A stretch of 63,920 nt of DNA, counting the filler, from Halocafeteria seosinensis (lineage: Eukaryota): assembly GCA_001687465.1 (NCBI GenBank). It is 4 parts of 4 records of this genome, joined end to end, with 100 filler letters (N's around TTAATTAATTAA, not from the genome) between each part and the next. Parts side by side here need not be neighbours in the genome. Positions count along the whole stretch, not along the records: positions 10,602 to 28,758 come from LVLI01000103.1; 3 more parts are not named here. One strand, given 5' to 3'. How positions within the stretch are numbered: position 1 is the first letter of the stretch; every line of letters begins with the position of its first letter. The notes beneath the pieces are model-generated. The model was not told where the DNA came from, searched no databases, and was given only the letters and a program-made list of their open reading frames with translations. A program made the position numbers and the translations under genes. Positions 10,602 through 23,915 of this stretch are shown piece after piece.

Positions 10602-12215
10602 GTATGGGAAGGCGTAACAGTCCACGTTGGAGTCTGTGTCTGTGTTGGTGTGTTGGTAACGGAAGGTGTAGATGTGGATGAACTGGTCATAGTGGCAGTC
10701 GGTGTTTCCGTTGCAGTCTGTGTACGCGTCTCTGTCGGTGTCGATGTCACTGACGGCGATTCTGAGGAAGAGGGAGTAGACGTTACTGAGGAAGTGGTAG
10801 ACGATGACGGTGTAGCTGTACGGGAAGGCGTAACAGTCCACGTTGGGGTCTGTGTCTGTGTTGGTGTGTTGGTAACGGAAGGTGTAGATGTGGATGAACT
10901 GGTCATAGTGGCAGTCGGTGTTTCCGTTGCAGTCTGTGTACGCGTCTCTGTCGGTGTCGATGTCACTGACGGCGATTCTGAGGAAGAGGGAGTAGACGTT
11001 ACTGAGGAAGTGGTAGACGATGACGGTGTAGCTGTACGGGAAGGTGTAGCAGTCCACGTTGGGGTCTGTGTCTGTGTTGGTGTGTTGGTAACGGAAGGTG
11101 TAGATGTGGATGAACTGGTCATAGTGGCAGTCGGTGTTGCCGTTACAGTCTGTGTACGCGTCTCTGTAGGCGTCGACGTCACTGATGGCGATTCTGAGGA
11201 AGAGGGAGTAGGCGTTACTGAGGAAGTGGTAGACGATGAAGGTGTAGCTGTATGGGAAGGCGTAACAGTCCACGTTGGAGTCTGTGTCGCTGTATGCGAA
11301 GGTGTAACAGTCCACGTTGGAGTCTGTGTCTGTGTTGGTGTGTTGGTAACGGAAGGTGTAGATGTGGATGAACTGGTCATAGTGGCAGTCGGTGTTTCCG
11401 TTGCAGTCTGTGTACGTGTCCCTGTAGGTGTCGACGTCACTGATGGCGATTTTGAGGAAGAGGGAGTAGACGTTACTGAGGAAGTGGTAGACGATGAAGG
11501 TGTAGCTGTACGGGAAGGTGTAGCAGTCCACGTTGGGGTCCGTGTCTGTGTTGGTGTGTTGGTAACGGAAGGTGTGGATGTGGATGAACTGGTCATAGTG
11601 GCAGTCGGTGTTTCCGTTGCAGTCTGTGTACGTGTCCTTGTAGGCGTCGACGTCACTGATGGCGATTTTGAGGAAGAGGGAGTAGACGTTACTGAGGAAG
11701 TGGTAGACGATGAAGGTGTAGCTGTACGGGAAGGTGTAGCAGTCCACGTTGGGGTCCGTGTCTGTGTTGGTGTGTTGGTAACGGAAGGTGTAGATGTGGA
11801 TGAACTGGTCATAGTGGCAGTCGGTGTTTCCGTTGCAGTCTGTGTACGTGTCCTTGTAGGCGTCGACGTCACTGATGGCGATTCTGAGGAAGAGGGAGTA
11901 GACGTTACTGAGGAAGTGGTAGACGATGAAGGTGTAGCTGTATGGGAAGGCGTAACAGTCCACGTTGGAGTCTGTGTCGCTGTATGCGAAGGTGTAACAG
12001 TCCACGTTGGAGTCTGTGTCTGTGTTGGTGTGTTGGTAACGGAAGGTGTAGATGTGGATGAACTGGTCATAGTGGCAGTCGGTGTTGCCGTTGCAGTCTG
12101 TGTACGTGTCCTTGTAGGTGTCGACGTCACTGATGGCGATTTTGAGGAAGAGGGAGTAGACGTTACTGAGGAAGTGGTAGACGGTGAAGGTGTAGCTGTA
12201 CGGGAAGGTGCAGCG
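10602..12215. repeat. Coding tandem repeat, 216-bp (72-aa) unit, some units with an extra 42 bp
   Basis: The same motif recurs at 10608, 10824 and 11040. Units with an added TQTPTWTVTPSHTA segment occur near 11260-11310 and 11950-12000. Confidence 0.95.
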
Positions 12216-13870
12216 GCCCACATAGTCTACATGTTGGATGTAAAAGTTCCGAAATTTGGGTACTTACGTGAACTCAGTCGGCACTCGGTATGCGTAAGTT
12301 CGAACTTTCCAGCCGGGCATTCATCGCAACGCGTAGATGCTGCCGGACTTGTATAGCCGTCTGCTCGGAGAAAACGTTTAAAAAAGAATGCATCCGATAG
12401 AAGGTTGCATAGTATGTACATATCACTAATCTTCTTATCGATCCCTACTTACCGGGGCATCCGGTACACTCGTTACTTTGCTCGTATTTTCCCGCGGGAC
12501 ATTCGGTGCAGATAGAAGAGCCAATGGAACTGGTTTCACCACCTACAGTAGGCAAAATGAAGAAGATTTGAAAGCAGCACTAAGTGACCGGAACGTCAAG
12601 ATCTTACTTGGGCAGTTATTGCAGCCGCTTTGGCCAATGCTGGCATACTCTCCGGCAGGACACTGTTCACAGCTAGTCGAACCACCAGAGCTGGTTTCAC
12701 CACCTGCAAATGTAAACAGCCTCGAACAAAAACTTTGCATGGCTCATAATTCTATTCCAGTAAGCTTGCTGGCAAGGTTCTCTTACCAGGGCATCCATTA
12801 CAATTATTATTTAGTTCGTACTTTCCGGCGGGGCATTGGGTGCAGCTAACAGAGCCAGGGAAGCTGGTTTCTCCATCTGCAAAAGAAGAAAGAGTACGCG
12901 TCCTCTCCCCTTTGGTCAGCTGTTTGAGTACTTACTCGGACAGTTATCACAACTGTTTTGATCACTGTTTTCATGCTTTCCGGCAGGACACATCTCACAG
13001 TCAGTCGAACCACTAGAGCTCGTTTGCCCACCTGAAAGTCGCGAGCAACGGAAAGGGGAAAGCTATGACCAGCACTACCAATTCTGGACCGCGATCTAGG
13101 TTTTAATCGCGATGTTGGTTCAGTACATACTTGGACAATCATTGCAATCGCTTTGGTCCTCCCTTATATATTTTCCAGCGGGACACTCCTCACAAGCTCC
13201 CATGTTCTCTGAACCGCTAGGGCTCGTTTTTCCAACTGTAATTGGGATAGCAAGTGAAGAAGAAAGTATATGCCAATTTCTCACAGCTTGCATTCTCCAT
13301 TTTGTTGCAGCACATACTGGGGCAAGTAGAGCAACCATCTTGGTTTGCCTTGGAATACGACCCAGCGGGACACTCTTGACAAGCATAAACACTATCCGAA
13401 CCACTAGAGCTTGTTTCCCCATCTGCAATGGCGACGAAGTTTAAGGCAACAGAAACTTGGATTAACCACTGCATTGTATTACATACTCGGACAACTGCTA
13501 CAGCTGCTTTGGTCCTCTGTTGAATACTGCCCGGCAGGGCATGCCTTACAGTCCTCTTCGCTGTCCGAGCCGCTTGGACTTGTCTCACCAAACTGTTTTC
13601 GAGTCACGCCAAGCAATCCATGCATGAGCCGTTGCTCACCAAGAATCGATACAGTACAATGGAACGTTCAATAGGACTTACCGGACACCCCCAGCAGTCG
13701 AAGAATGTATCGTTACCCGCAACAACCTCTTGGCAATATCCCCCTGCGGGACAGTCTTCGGTACAAGTTGCCGAGCTTTCAGTGGGCACCAAGACTCCAA
13801 GTACCAGAATGAAGACAACGGCGCAGCATGATTCCGTTCGTGTGCCGAAGCTAAACATCCATTCAAACAT
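10602..13870 (-). CDS. Secreted/surface protein with Cys-rich (GCC2/GCC3, ephrin-receptor-like) repeats and a Thr/Ser/Pro mucin-like stalk; 3' end lost in the gap
   Basis: Hydrophobic signal (AVVFILVLGVLVPTESSA). About 9 short exons such as GETSSSGSDSVYACQECPAGSYSKANQDGCSTCP, separated by GTAAG/GTATG introns. Then the T/S/P-rich ORF 10602-12223. Confidence 0.8.
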
Positions 13871-14330
13871 TTGGCGTCTCCCTTGTGAATGTTGCGTGTA
13901 TGAAAAAGGCTTACTTGGTAGTACTTGTAGCCCACAAAAACAACCTCAACAACGATATGGTGACCATGCTTGCATTGCTTGGAGACATGAAGCAGATTTC
14001 TCTTCTGACTCTATGTACATAATGCCGACCCCACATAAGTATTCACTATAAAAAATACAGATAATCAAACGACATGAATTTGACAATACAGATGCATGGA
14101 CCATAACAAAGTAACATGCATTAAGCAACAAGAATAAGTGTACAAGGCGTTCGAGGATGTTCTGGGAGAAGAAATTAAGTGTTCACGAAAGACTTGTATT
14201 GCAGATGACAGAGAAATATAACCCTATTGTCCCTCTAAAGAGGAAACCTTACGTAGGTACACTTAAAAGTATGTCCCATTGAACTGAAAGATCGTCTCCG
14301 TGGCCGTTGAACCACCGAGCAGTACAGTAC

Positions 14331-14404
14331 CTCACACGGGGAATCCGTCGGGGAGTCACTCCGAGTCACACCGAGTGTCAGTGAGTCACACGGGGAGTCA
14401 CACC
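14331..14404. repeat. Cluster of GAGTCAC motifs with about 10-bp spacing
   Basis: GAGTCAC at about 14353, 14363, 14383 and 14395, plus variants. Confidence 0.6.
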
Positions 14405-15167
14405 TACTTGGTAGTAGAGGAATAACATGGAACAATTCAGCCTTACGTCCATTGGAAACAATATGTAAGCCCTAATACAGTCTAAATGTGGGGATCGTTT
14501 ATTATTTCACTATTAAAGTCGACTATTGGCGTCTGGACACAGCAGACGTCCCCTTCTATGCAGATCATGGAACACAGCAGGACTCCAACACAGATGTCTC
14601 TAGTATACTGGAATTTACACTTATTCTCGATCTGGATCATACAGGCAAGTACCCCTATTTCTTTTTCACGACAGGAACACACCATGGCAGAGACAGTATG
14701 TGCGGCACATATCAAAGTTCCACAAGCATACAACGATTCCTGTATTGCTCTAAGACGTAATAATTTTTGCATATCAAATGGAGTCTGTGTGTACAGTACT
14801 GCAGTAATCGCGCCGAAAGATGAACAAGAGATGTCCGGACTTATCTTGGAGATACCACGTGTTTGCGAAGCGCGAATACCGAGAAGCGAAGTTAGAAATT
14901 ATAGCCCGTGTATAACTACAAAAACAGCGGTGGCTTTCTTGATTCATTCCTAGTCAGTAGCTAAAGGCATCCCTTGACGGTAGCTTCTTGAATTCATTCT
15001 TTGTGAATAGCTTCCAGGGGCATGCCGCCGTCATGCGCGATAGCAGTGGAACTGGAGAACTACATCCGCGTGAGTCAAATGCCATTTGAGAGAGAGGTGC
15101 TCGTACACCCACGAAAAGAGAGGCGAGGCCATTAATGGACCTGGTAGCAACGGGCCCAATGACCACA

Positions 15168-15550
15168 GTTTATGTCGATGTGAAAGTGCCAAACCCGCTC
15201 ACGGGAGACAGACTAGCCAGACCTCACCATCCCGGCAGAAGCGGAGAAGATGAAGCGGACAAAATACGGGCATCTGAAGGACAACCACACGGGAATTAGT
15301 TCGCGATAGAGGCGGCGGACGACTTCGGGAAAGACGCGATCAAGTTTTTCAAGAGAATTGCCAGGCAAGCACCGGGCTCCCGCTGGGGAACAAACCGATG
15401 ACGGCCAAGCTGTCAGTCACGTTGATGCGCCACAACGTGAACATGTTGGAGCCATTCCGGTTAGGGTTCACCCCTCACACGAAGTAGCGTAGCCTGAGCA
15501 TACACGTCTTCCGGTAGGAGCATTACTAATACACGCACATACACACACAT
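15168..15550 (+). mobile_element. Decayed 3' end of a CRE-clade (restriction-like endonuclease) non-LTR retrotransposon
   Basis: Across frameshifts: VYVDVKVPNP...AEAEKMKRTKY...FAIEAADDFGKDAIKFFKRIAR...KLSVTLMRHNVNML. Ends in an (AC)n tract. A shorter copy lies at about 15720-15780. Confidence 0.7.
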
Positions 15551-17169
15551 TCACGAACCCCTTGAAGATGATCATTCTTGGTGAAACAACATACAGAATT
15601 GTCCAACTAAGAAAAAGAATTGAAATATGTCAAGACTACTCTTATGAAGCGGTCCATGTTGTACGATATACGCCTAGAGAAAGGACATGAAAAAGTGCCT
15701 GAGTGGTCCTTGATCATTGGGCCACAACGTGAAGATGTTGGAACCGTTCCCGGTACAATACTAATACACATACACACGGTCGTGATGCCATTCTCGAGAG
15801 GCGCCTTCGGTCAACCACTTCAGTAGTGTTTGTTTTCCACTAAGATCTATTTACTGCTTCTTCCCGCACTATGTACTGTATGTACGTTCTTTACCCTATC
15901 GGCATGTGATGCTACACCGTTCGCTAGATGGCTACGAACAAACTTCTAGGGAAGCGAGTGTTCATTACAGGTAACAGCACTCGCTGGAAGCCCTCAACTC
16001 ACCCGGAGTCGCTGCTGATCCTGTAAGCGTGCATCATTCTCGGGCTCTTAGTTACAGAGATAGCGGTATATCTGATGCACACTTAGTGCGGGAGGGGGCA
16101 ACTTCCTTGCTAGGGGAAGCTTCGAAGGGACTACGTGCCAGTGACGCCAGTGACCTTGGATAGTGGCTCTCGTGATAAACCTTGTGTCTAGGCCATTATT
16201 CCGAGCGCCACTATCCACAGTCAGTGTCACACAATGTCAAATCATCATAACGTCAGTGTCATTCGTACGTTTTGAATATCGATAGGTATTATGTACGAGT
16301 GCAACACATACCGGTATTTTACATTCAACAACTTTCAACAGTATCAACAATGACCCGACGAATCCAGTTGCCGGGTTCAGCAAAGTACACATACCCAGCA
16401 CGCCCTTTCTGGACACTCAACACTGGCAGCATTGATTCTCTACCTTGAAAAATCGCTTCAGCCTCCTTTGGAACAATTTCCAAGCTTTCTTGGTAACTTT
16501 AGTAGTAGTGCATATTATTATGGCCTATCGGCTAAGTAGAACTACCACGTACCGCTTATGGTTCAGTGTTGGTAAGGGTGGAGCTATCCGCACTACTCCT
16601 TGCTCTGTTTGATATGCATCCTACGTGTTATAATCGTGATGACCATGATATACGACCACACTTGGAGCTCTATCGCTTTGTTACCAGTACTTGGTGCTCC
16701 AATGATTCCGCACAGAAACCCTTCGTTGAAGAGGTGCGACCGGGCATGCGACCGGGGCCCGCAAACAACGGTATGCATGAGGCGAATGGAATCATCGTGT
16801 TTGTTTGCTGGGACCGTAACTGATTGAACAGGCTCTTCTTCCCCTAGAATTGCTGCACGAGACCCCAGTAAATCGATTCGCTCGAGTACAGAAAGAAAAG
16901 TGCGGCACGCTGGCTTTCCCGGCGCTGGTTTCTTCTCCAGCGGTGCGCGGTGTTTTCTTGGATCCATTGTAAGCGTTGCCATGGGATCTACGGTGGTTAT
17001 CGGCATATATCAACAGAGAGGTGAAGAGTTATACACTCTATTCTGGGTATGTTTAACCCGTTGCGAATACTGCGTCGTATTGACTCATCGGGGGTTTTCT
17101 GCCTTTTCTGCGTTGGGGTTGCACAGGTCCTATAAAGAGCGTGTGTAGGCAGGGAAGGAGTTAGAAACT

Positions 17170-20100
17170 ATGCCAGAAGAAAGCAAACAAAATCAAGGAC
17201 GCTCGGCGTCGGTGGTTGGAGTGGTGGAGGAGGGACCTCGCATGCGAGGACTCGCACAGGTAAGCTTCCCTGAGTTCTCCCAGACGTTGAGTTGAGCCTC
17301 CAGTACACTTATGGAACCGTCTCTTCAGCTTGCGTGCGATTCGGATGATGAAGAAGGCTTGAGTGAAGATCGTTTCCTGCGGACCAGGTACATTCCACCG
17401 AGCAAAGGAGAAGCATATCAGAAGTGCAAGGAGAGCATGTTCGACGCTGGAAAAGCATCTGTATGGGGAACTACTCTAACAGAACTCTACTCCATGGGCG
17501 TCGGAATAGGCCTATATTTCCAATTGTTGTGCTATTTGTCAGTAATCATGCTGTGCTGTGCATTCATCATGACGCCGACTTTGACCATATTTGGATCGTC
17601 GAATAACTTGCCCCAAGAGGATATCGACTTTCTGTCTCTGACGAGAGTTTCCTTGGGGAACTTTGGGCATCCAGCGGAAGGAAGCCAGAACGCCACCTCT
17701 ACAATATTCATAGATGGCTTCGGTAGGGTGACTATAAAGAATGCTGCCCTGGCTGTGGGCTGGAGCGCTTTTATCGTCGCCTTATTTCTTTTGGGGTTCA
17801 TCCTGTGGTGGCGCCGGCGCATCAAACAGGCAGTTCGCTTGTTTGACATCAATAATATCACGATGAGTGACTATACTGTGTATGCTACAGGATTTCCTTG
17901 GGACGCCAATCGGGAAGAGATCAGACAACACTTCGATAATCTCTACAACTTGTGGGAAGACGATTGGACGTATGGCGGGAGTGTCAAGTACCTTTGCCTT
18001 GACCGGAAAGCAGCAAAGCGGCCTAAATTCCTCAGTCCTAGTAACGCTGCAAGAGTGAGAGAACGCGTGGAACAGCTACGGCGGAAGGGAATCATGTTAC
18101 CTTACCCCCCGGATCACTCCAATATTGCTCCGGTAGAGGATGTGAGCAACACAGATGACGATAGTTACATGAACTCGTGGGTGGCGGAGCTCTCTATTGC
18201 CCACCCAAACGGAGCGCTGATACGAAAGTATAGACAGTTGACGAAGAAATTTCGGCAGATTCGGTCGGCTCGTGGCCTCATCAAGAAGTATACGCAGGGT
18301 TTGAGTGCAGAGGCCAACCCCACGAAACGGGCAAAGGCCTTAGCACGCTTAAAGAAACTTGAGGAAGAATTGCGTCAAATTGATATCAGACATGGCTGCA
18401 AGTACAGCGAAGAGTGTGTTGGGGCGTTTGTAGTATTTAACAACGAAGAGAGTCTCAGAAGGTGCTTGTATGACTATGGAGCATCACACACTCTCTTTAC
18501 TAGATTTTTTCAGCCACCTCCATTAAGATTTACACGCAGCATCAACGGAAAAGTTCGCTCATGGAAACTGTCAGTAAGCAAAGCTCCTGAGCCGGAGGAC
18601 GTCACGTGGGAAAATCTCGAGATATCCCAGTTTAAACGAATACTTCGCCGAATCGGAGTAAACTTTATACTGTTACTCCTGATTATATTCTCCCTCTTCA
18701 TCCTTTTCTTACTGGGTTCGCAAGAGGAGGTCCTGTCCAATAACCTACCTACTGATGGATTTTGTCAAGATGACCTTCCCACTTTGGCCTTCGGGACTGA
18801 GGATATTCCCCCAGATGCTCGGTTAGTGCGTAATGAGGAATTGGGGGATCAAGTGTGTGACACAAGTGAGGCTTACATCACCTGGGAATCCTCGGAGATG
18901 GAGCCCTTAACCAACACCACTATGAACCCTTGTCTCTCGCCCTGTGTAGACCTGACGGGCGACCTTGAGTGCACCGGTCCCTCCGGGGAGACCTATCAAC
19001 ACCAGGACGTTGTAGACTGCTATTGCTCTCAAGAATTGGACCAGAAAATTGGGGAGCAAGGGATTTTTTTTGGAATAATTGAGATGACCCGCTCCCCGGA
19101 AGAGCTATGCCAAACATTTGTGAGGAAGTTCGCGTTAGCGCGTTCGATGACGGTAATAGCCGCCGCTGCTGTCGTCTTGCTGAATGTTTTGTTGAAGGAC
19201 GTCTTACGTCGCGTCACAAAGCTTGAAAGGTTTGATAGCTCCAGCCAAGAAAAGACGGCAGCTGCGGCGAAAATCTTCCTAGCTCAGTTCTTCAACACCG
19301 GTCTGGCAATATTGCTGACAAATCTCAATTTCCCTTTTGAAGAGGTGAAGCTAGGATCAGTTCGATTGCTCAGCGGTGAGTTTCGAACGCTAAATTCCGA
19401 ATGGCATGGAAGCGTAGGTGCATCCATCACGGTTACTATGCTCTTGAACATTTTTGGTCCGCACCTAGCGACTGTGTTTCGGGCATTGATTTGGAGATGT
19501 CTCCGCAGATGTGGAACTCGCCAAGCTGTTATCCAAGAAGAGATGGATGAGTTATACAGTGCGGAAAGTTTTAGCATCGAGACTAGATATCCCGTTTTAC
19601 TTAACACATTCGCTGTTACATTGTTTTACGGAGCAGGGATGCCTATCCTATTCGTCTTTGCCAGCGCATCTTTCGTAGTTTCGTATTGGGTGGACAAGTG
19701 GATGCTCCTCAAGCTGTATAAGCGACCCCCGTTTATAGACCAGTCTTTGGCTGAATTAGTGCTTAGTGTCTTCCCTTTCTCAGTCATACTGTATCTTGTG
19801 ATGGGTTTGTACATGCTCGGTGATCAGGAGAGGATTCCTGTGTTGCCGGTCAATTTTCTTGGAGGAGCGACGGGACAATATCGGGAGACGGTAGATGATG
19901 TAGACCGGTACGATTTCACCGGCTTAGCCAAACGCAGTTTGAGGGAACATACGTTTCCATTGTTTATGCTGCTTCTGGTACGTATCTGTTGAAAACTCAT
20001 ATGCGGCAAATGCAGAGTGTTCAGTTGCAATATGCCATGTTTTTAATACGCAGGTTACCGCATTGTCATTTCTAATATACTCCACTATGGGTCGAAATAT

Positions 20101-20983
20101 TTTTAGGTGCTTGCAAGGGTTGTTCGAAGTCATGGGAAGGTGCTGCAACTGTGTCGTGAATTTCAGATCTGTATGTATTATGAGGCATGTGTTGGCAAAA
20201 TGTTTTTTTTTGACGAATTGTCGAATCACCTTTCTTGCAGGGTGAGTGCCAGAACCTCCCTCGGTTTACAGGTTCCTATGAATATAAGATTCCAGGCGAC
20301 ATGGACTATGAGCTGAGCGAGGAAGAAATCGAAGACGGATGGAGGTTGATTCGAGATCAGAGTAGAGGGGCAATGGCTAAGTCGAAGATTAAGTTGCGCA
20401 CTGAGAGTGACTACCTGGGTGATACAGGGGAAAAGTTGCGAACGTGGGAAGTTATCAATGAGTACGCTATTGCCAGTTACGATATAATGGCCAACTCCCA
20501 ATATCAAAAGGCCATAGGGGGTACGTGTATTAACCGATTGCTAATTGTTTTCTTTGTCGACATGTGCACGTATATGTATTGTTGGTGGTGCTTGCAGCCC
20601 TCGAGGAGGGAAATATCAGGGCCAAAGCGGAACGGCATCGCCGACAGAATATATTCGCTATAGCGCCTACCCCTTTGACAGCTAAGCAGTCGAATAGAGC
20701 TGTTGCTACTGAGGGCTTGAAAGAGGGCCATCATCGAAAGGGTAACGAGGAATATGAGCTCTCCCCGTCCCCTTCTCTTTCCTCCTACTACCATGAGGAC
20801 GCTGACGAAGACGATGCTCCAACCGAAGCTCTTGCCGACGTGACGTTGCCGAACCGTCGGCACGGCGACCCTCATAAAGACGAAGTTGAAGAAATATATG
20901 CCGCAGAAGATAATGTGGATCCGGCTCCTGGGAGAAGATCCACGCACTCTTCACCGCACTCTAACGGCAATAAGAAAAAGTAA
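17170..20983 (+). CDS. OSCA/TMEM63 (CSC1-like) mechanosensitive cation channel, multi-exon
   Basis: MGVGIGLYFQ, TMSDYTV, AFVVFNNEES, APEPEDVTWENL, FLAQFFNT, YWVDKWMLLKLYKRPP, many TM helices. First intron about 17260-17328. Confidence 0.85.
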
Positions 20984-21532
20984 TCCTGGAAGAGTCATTT
21001 CAGCTCTTGTAAAACAATACAGTACTTCGAGATTACTGTATCTTCGGATGAAAACTGCTAACCTTGTAAAGAATAACAATCCGATCTTGCATGTAGTCCC
21101 CGAGTAACCATTCTCAGGGCACTTCCAGTGTTCGTGGTTAAGTACAAATCGAACACAGGACTGAGCACTCACATGACACTCACACACACACATGTCAGCA
21201 TGTGACAGGTAGCCTACGGGCAGGAAGCCCCATCTTGTTAACGATGGACATTGAGGGCAGCAATACTAATACATACATTGAGGCTTGGTATGGCGGTATC
21301 TGTTTACAAACTGGGCTGTACCACACGCGTTTGGTTCTAGGTCTTATTCCAGGCCTTCTCCAGCCCATCCCGTACTCTGTGGTTGTGGTTGACTCACCGC
21401 GTTGAGGTAGTTGTGCAGTATGCGTCTTGACTTGTGCATACTCAGTATAATTAATATACATGCACGTGTTTGTTAAACCTTAGGTTTACAACATGCCTTA
21501 GAGCAGCTGGATTTTTAGAGGTTGGTAGAAGA

Positions 21533-23855
21533 ATGGATCGATCCAGGTAAGTCGTGAGCACTCGTTGGCACAAATCCTCCTAGCTCCTTATTAGGGCGTT
21601 TTAGTGTGATATATACAGTTCCCGTCACCACCGCGATAGGCATCATCGTTCCTCCCGTGACCGGGAAAGAGATAGAGATAGAAGTCGGAGCAAGAGACAC
21701 CGCCGTCATTCTGATAAAGAGGAAAGGGGCCATCGCCGTCGATCCTCCTCTTCCAGGAGACATCGAGATGATGAGGACCGACGAAAAAGTAGACGGCGCA
21801 GCCGAAGTAGGAGCTCTGAGAGACGTAGACGAAGCCGTAGTAGAGAGCACTCGAGGAGAAGAGAAAGAAGCGACGGCGAAGAGGATCGAGCTGGAGAGCA
21901 GGAGCAAAAAGAGCAGAGACAAGAGCAAGAGGAACGACAGTATAGTCAGCAAAATTCAAGTTATAACGAAGAGGATACCAAAGATACAAACACAGGAGAG
22001 GGTGAGACACCCGCAGACTCGAGCAAACTGGAGAGTCTGATCGACGATATTGCAGCTGGGGAAGAGGAGGACGAAGAGGAAACAGAGGGTACCGAAGAGA
22101 ATGACCAACAAAAACTGGAAAGGCTACGCGAAGAACGTAGGAGGCAACGGCAACAACTGCTTGCGGAGTATGGTGATGCTACGCAGGACAAACAGGAGCG
22201 AGCCCTTTCTGGTAATTCATCTGCGAATCATTCAGCTCAACAAGGAGCCCGCTCAAATGCCAGCGGAGCATCTTCTATCCAATCAAAACCAGCGCATAAG
22301 GAGAACACGGTCGCGTTGGAAGAAGATGCTCACGAGTGTCATCGCAAAGACCAGACAATTGAATTGGCAAAGGGGGCTTTTGAGCAAGACAATAGCGAAA
22401 AGGTGAAATCAGCGGGGGATTCGAGTTTCGACATGTTCGAAGATGATATTCAAATTAGGGATGACGAAGACCTGGATACCACCAAGAAAAGGACAGCAAC
22501 GGCACACATGGATGATGGCGTGGAGGAGAGGGAGCGTATTGCTGGTATTTTGGGCGCCAAGGAAGAACACGGAACCCTGAATGATAACTGGGACGACTCG
22601 GAGGGGTATCTGAAATGGAACGCGGGCGATATGATTGGCGGACGCTATCGAGTAGTTGTAGGGTCTGGAAAAGGAGTATTCTCCTCAGTGTGCCTTTGCG
22701 CCGACACGCTAGCTGGAAAAGTTGTCCCAGGACAGAAAGATACACCCGAAGAATCGAGCCAATACAGCACAGTAGCAATCAAGGTGCTACGAGCAAATGA
22801 TACCATGAGGAAAGCAGGCATGAAAGAGCTTGGCCTCCTCGAAGATTTGAAAAAACAGGATCCTCATGGACGCAGCTGTGTCATTCGCTATTTGAACCAC
22901 TTTGAACATCGGAATCATTTGTGTATCGCCTTCGAACCGATGAATTTAAATATTAGAGAAGTGCTAGATAAGTTTGGAAAGACTGTGGGGATAAACATTC
23001 AAGCCGTAAGAATGTATGCCCGACAACTTTTGCTCGCTCTGAATGCTCTTAGGAAGAAAGAAATAATCCATGCGGATATTAAACCCCATAATATTTTGAC
23101 GAACGATAAGTACAACGTCGTTAAGTTGGCAGACTTTGGATCAGCATTTCGTGAGTCTGATCCTGAAAACTGTCCTACCCCTCTCCTTGTTTCACGCTTC
23201 TATAGGAGCCCTGAGATCATTCTAGGATTCCAGCATAGCACTGCATTGGATATGTGGAGCTTGGGCTGCGTGCTCTACGAAATGTACACTGGTAGGGTCT
23301 TGTTTCCCGGAGAAAGCAACAATGAGATGTTGTGGCTGCAAATGCAACTTCGAGGAAGGTTATCAAACAAGGTGAGTGAAGAAAATCGAATGCGTAAGTA
23401 TGTGCATGCACCATATAAATATCTTTCGCTGCTCTACACAGATGATCAAACATCACTTGCGGCAAGCCGAAACTCTGGAGTTAACACCCTATTTCGATCA
23501 GGATTTCAGGTTCGTCCGGGAAGTCCGAGACCCAGTTACGAGAGTATGTTAATGAATACCCTGCTTTTTTTGATGACTTAAGTCACGCTATCATTTGGCA
23601 TTGCAGGGTATTGTGAAACGAAAAGAAGCGATTCCAGACAAACCTCAAGTGGATATTCGCAGCAAACTGCTAGCACACAAATCCAAAGATGATAGCAGAA
23701 AACTGGTGTTGCTACTACAAGACTTGTTGGACAAGATGCTGACACTTGACCCAAACAAACGAATTTCGGTTCGAGAAGCTCTAAAGCACCCTTTTGTTGG
23801 CAAAGCATCAAAGAAAGCTGGTCAGACTCAAAACGGCGGCAATGCTGCACAGTAG
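21533..23855 (+). CDS. PRPF4B: Pre-mRNA processing kinase PRP4
   Basis: RS/RD-rich N-terminus after an intron; DNWDDSEGY, GKGVFSSV, HADIKPHNIL, LVSRFYRSPEIILG. Confidence 0.9.
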
Positions 23856-23915
23856 CTTGTCTATTTTTTTCGGATTTGTACTATTCTAAAGGCCCTCGTC
23901 TCGAACGTTACAGAG

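Noticed and set aside
10554..12356. Overlapping 555-aa and 568-aa ORFs on the tandem repeat; also a CRISPR-like reading
   Set aside because: ACN/TCN/CCN codons rarely create stops in other frames, and there are no unique spacers. It is a coding mucin-like repeat.
16593..17006. 137-aa ORF divergent from the OSCA gene
   Set aside because: No recognisable domain or clear exon chain; cannot be supported.
21606..22040. 144-aa ORF-track protein as a separate gene
   Set aside because: It is an alternative frame of the RS/RD-rich PRP4 N-terminus.
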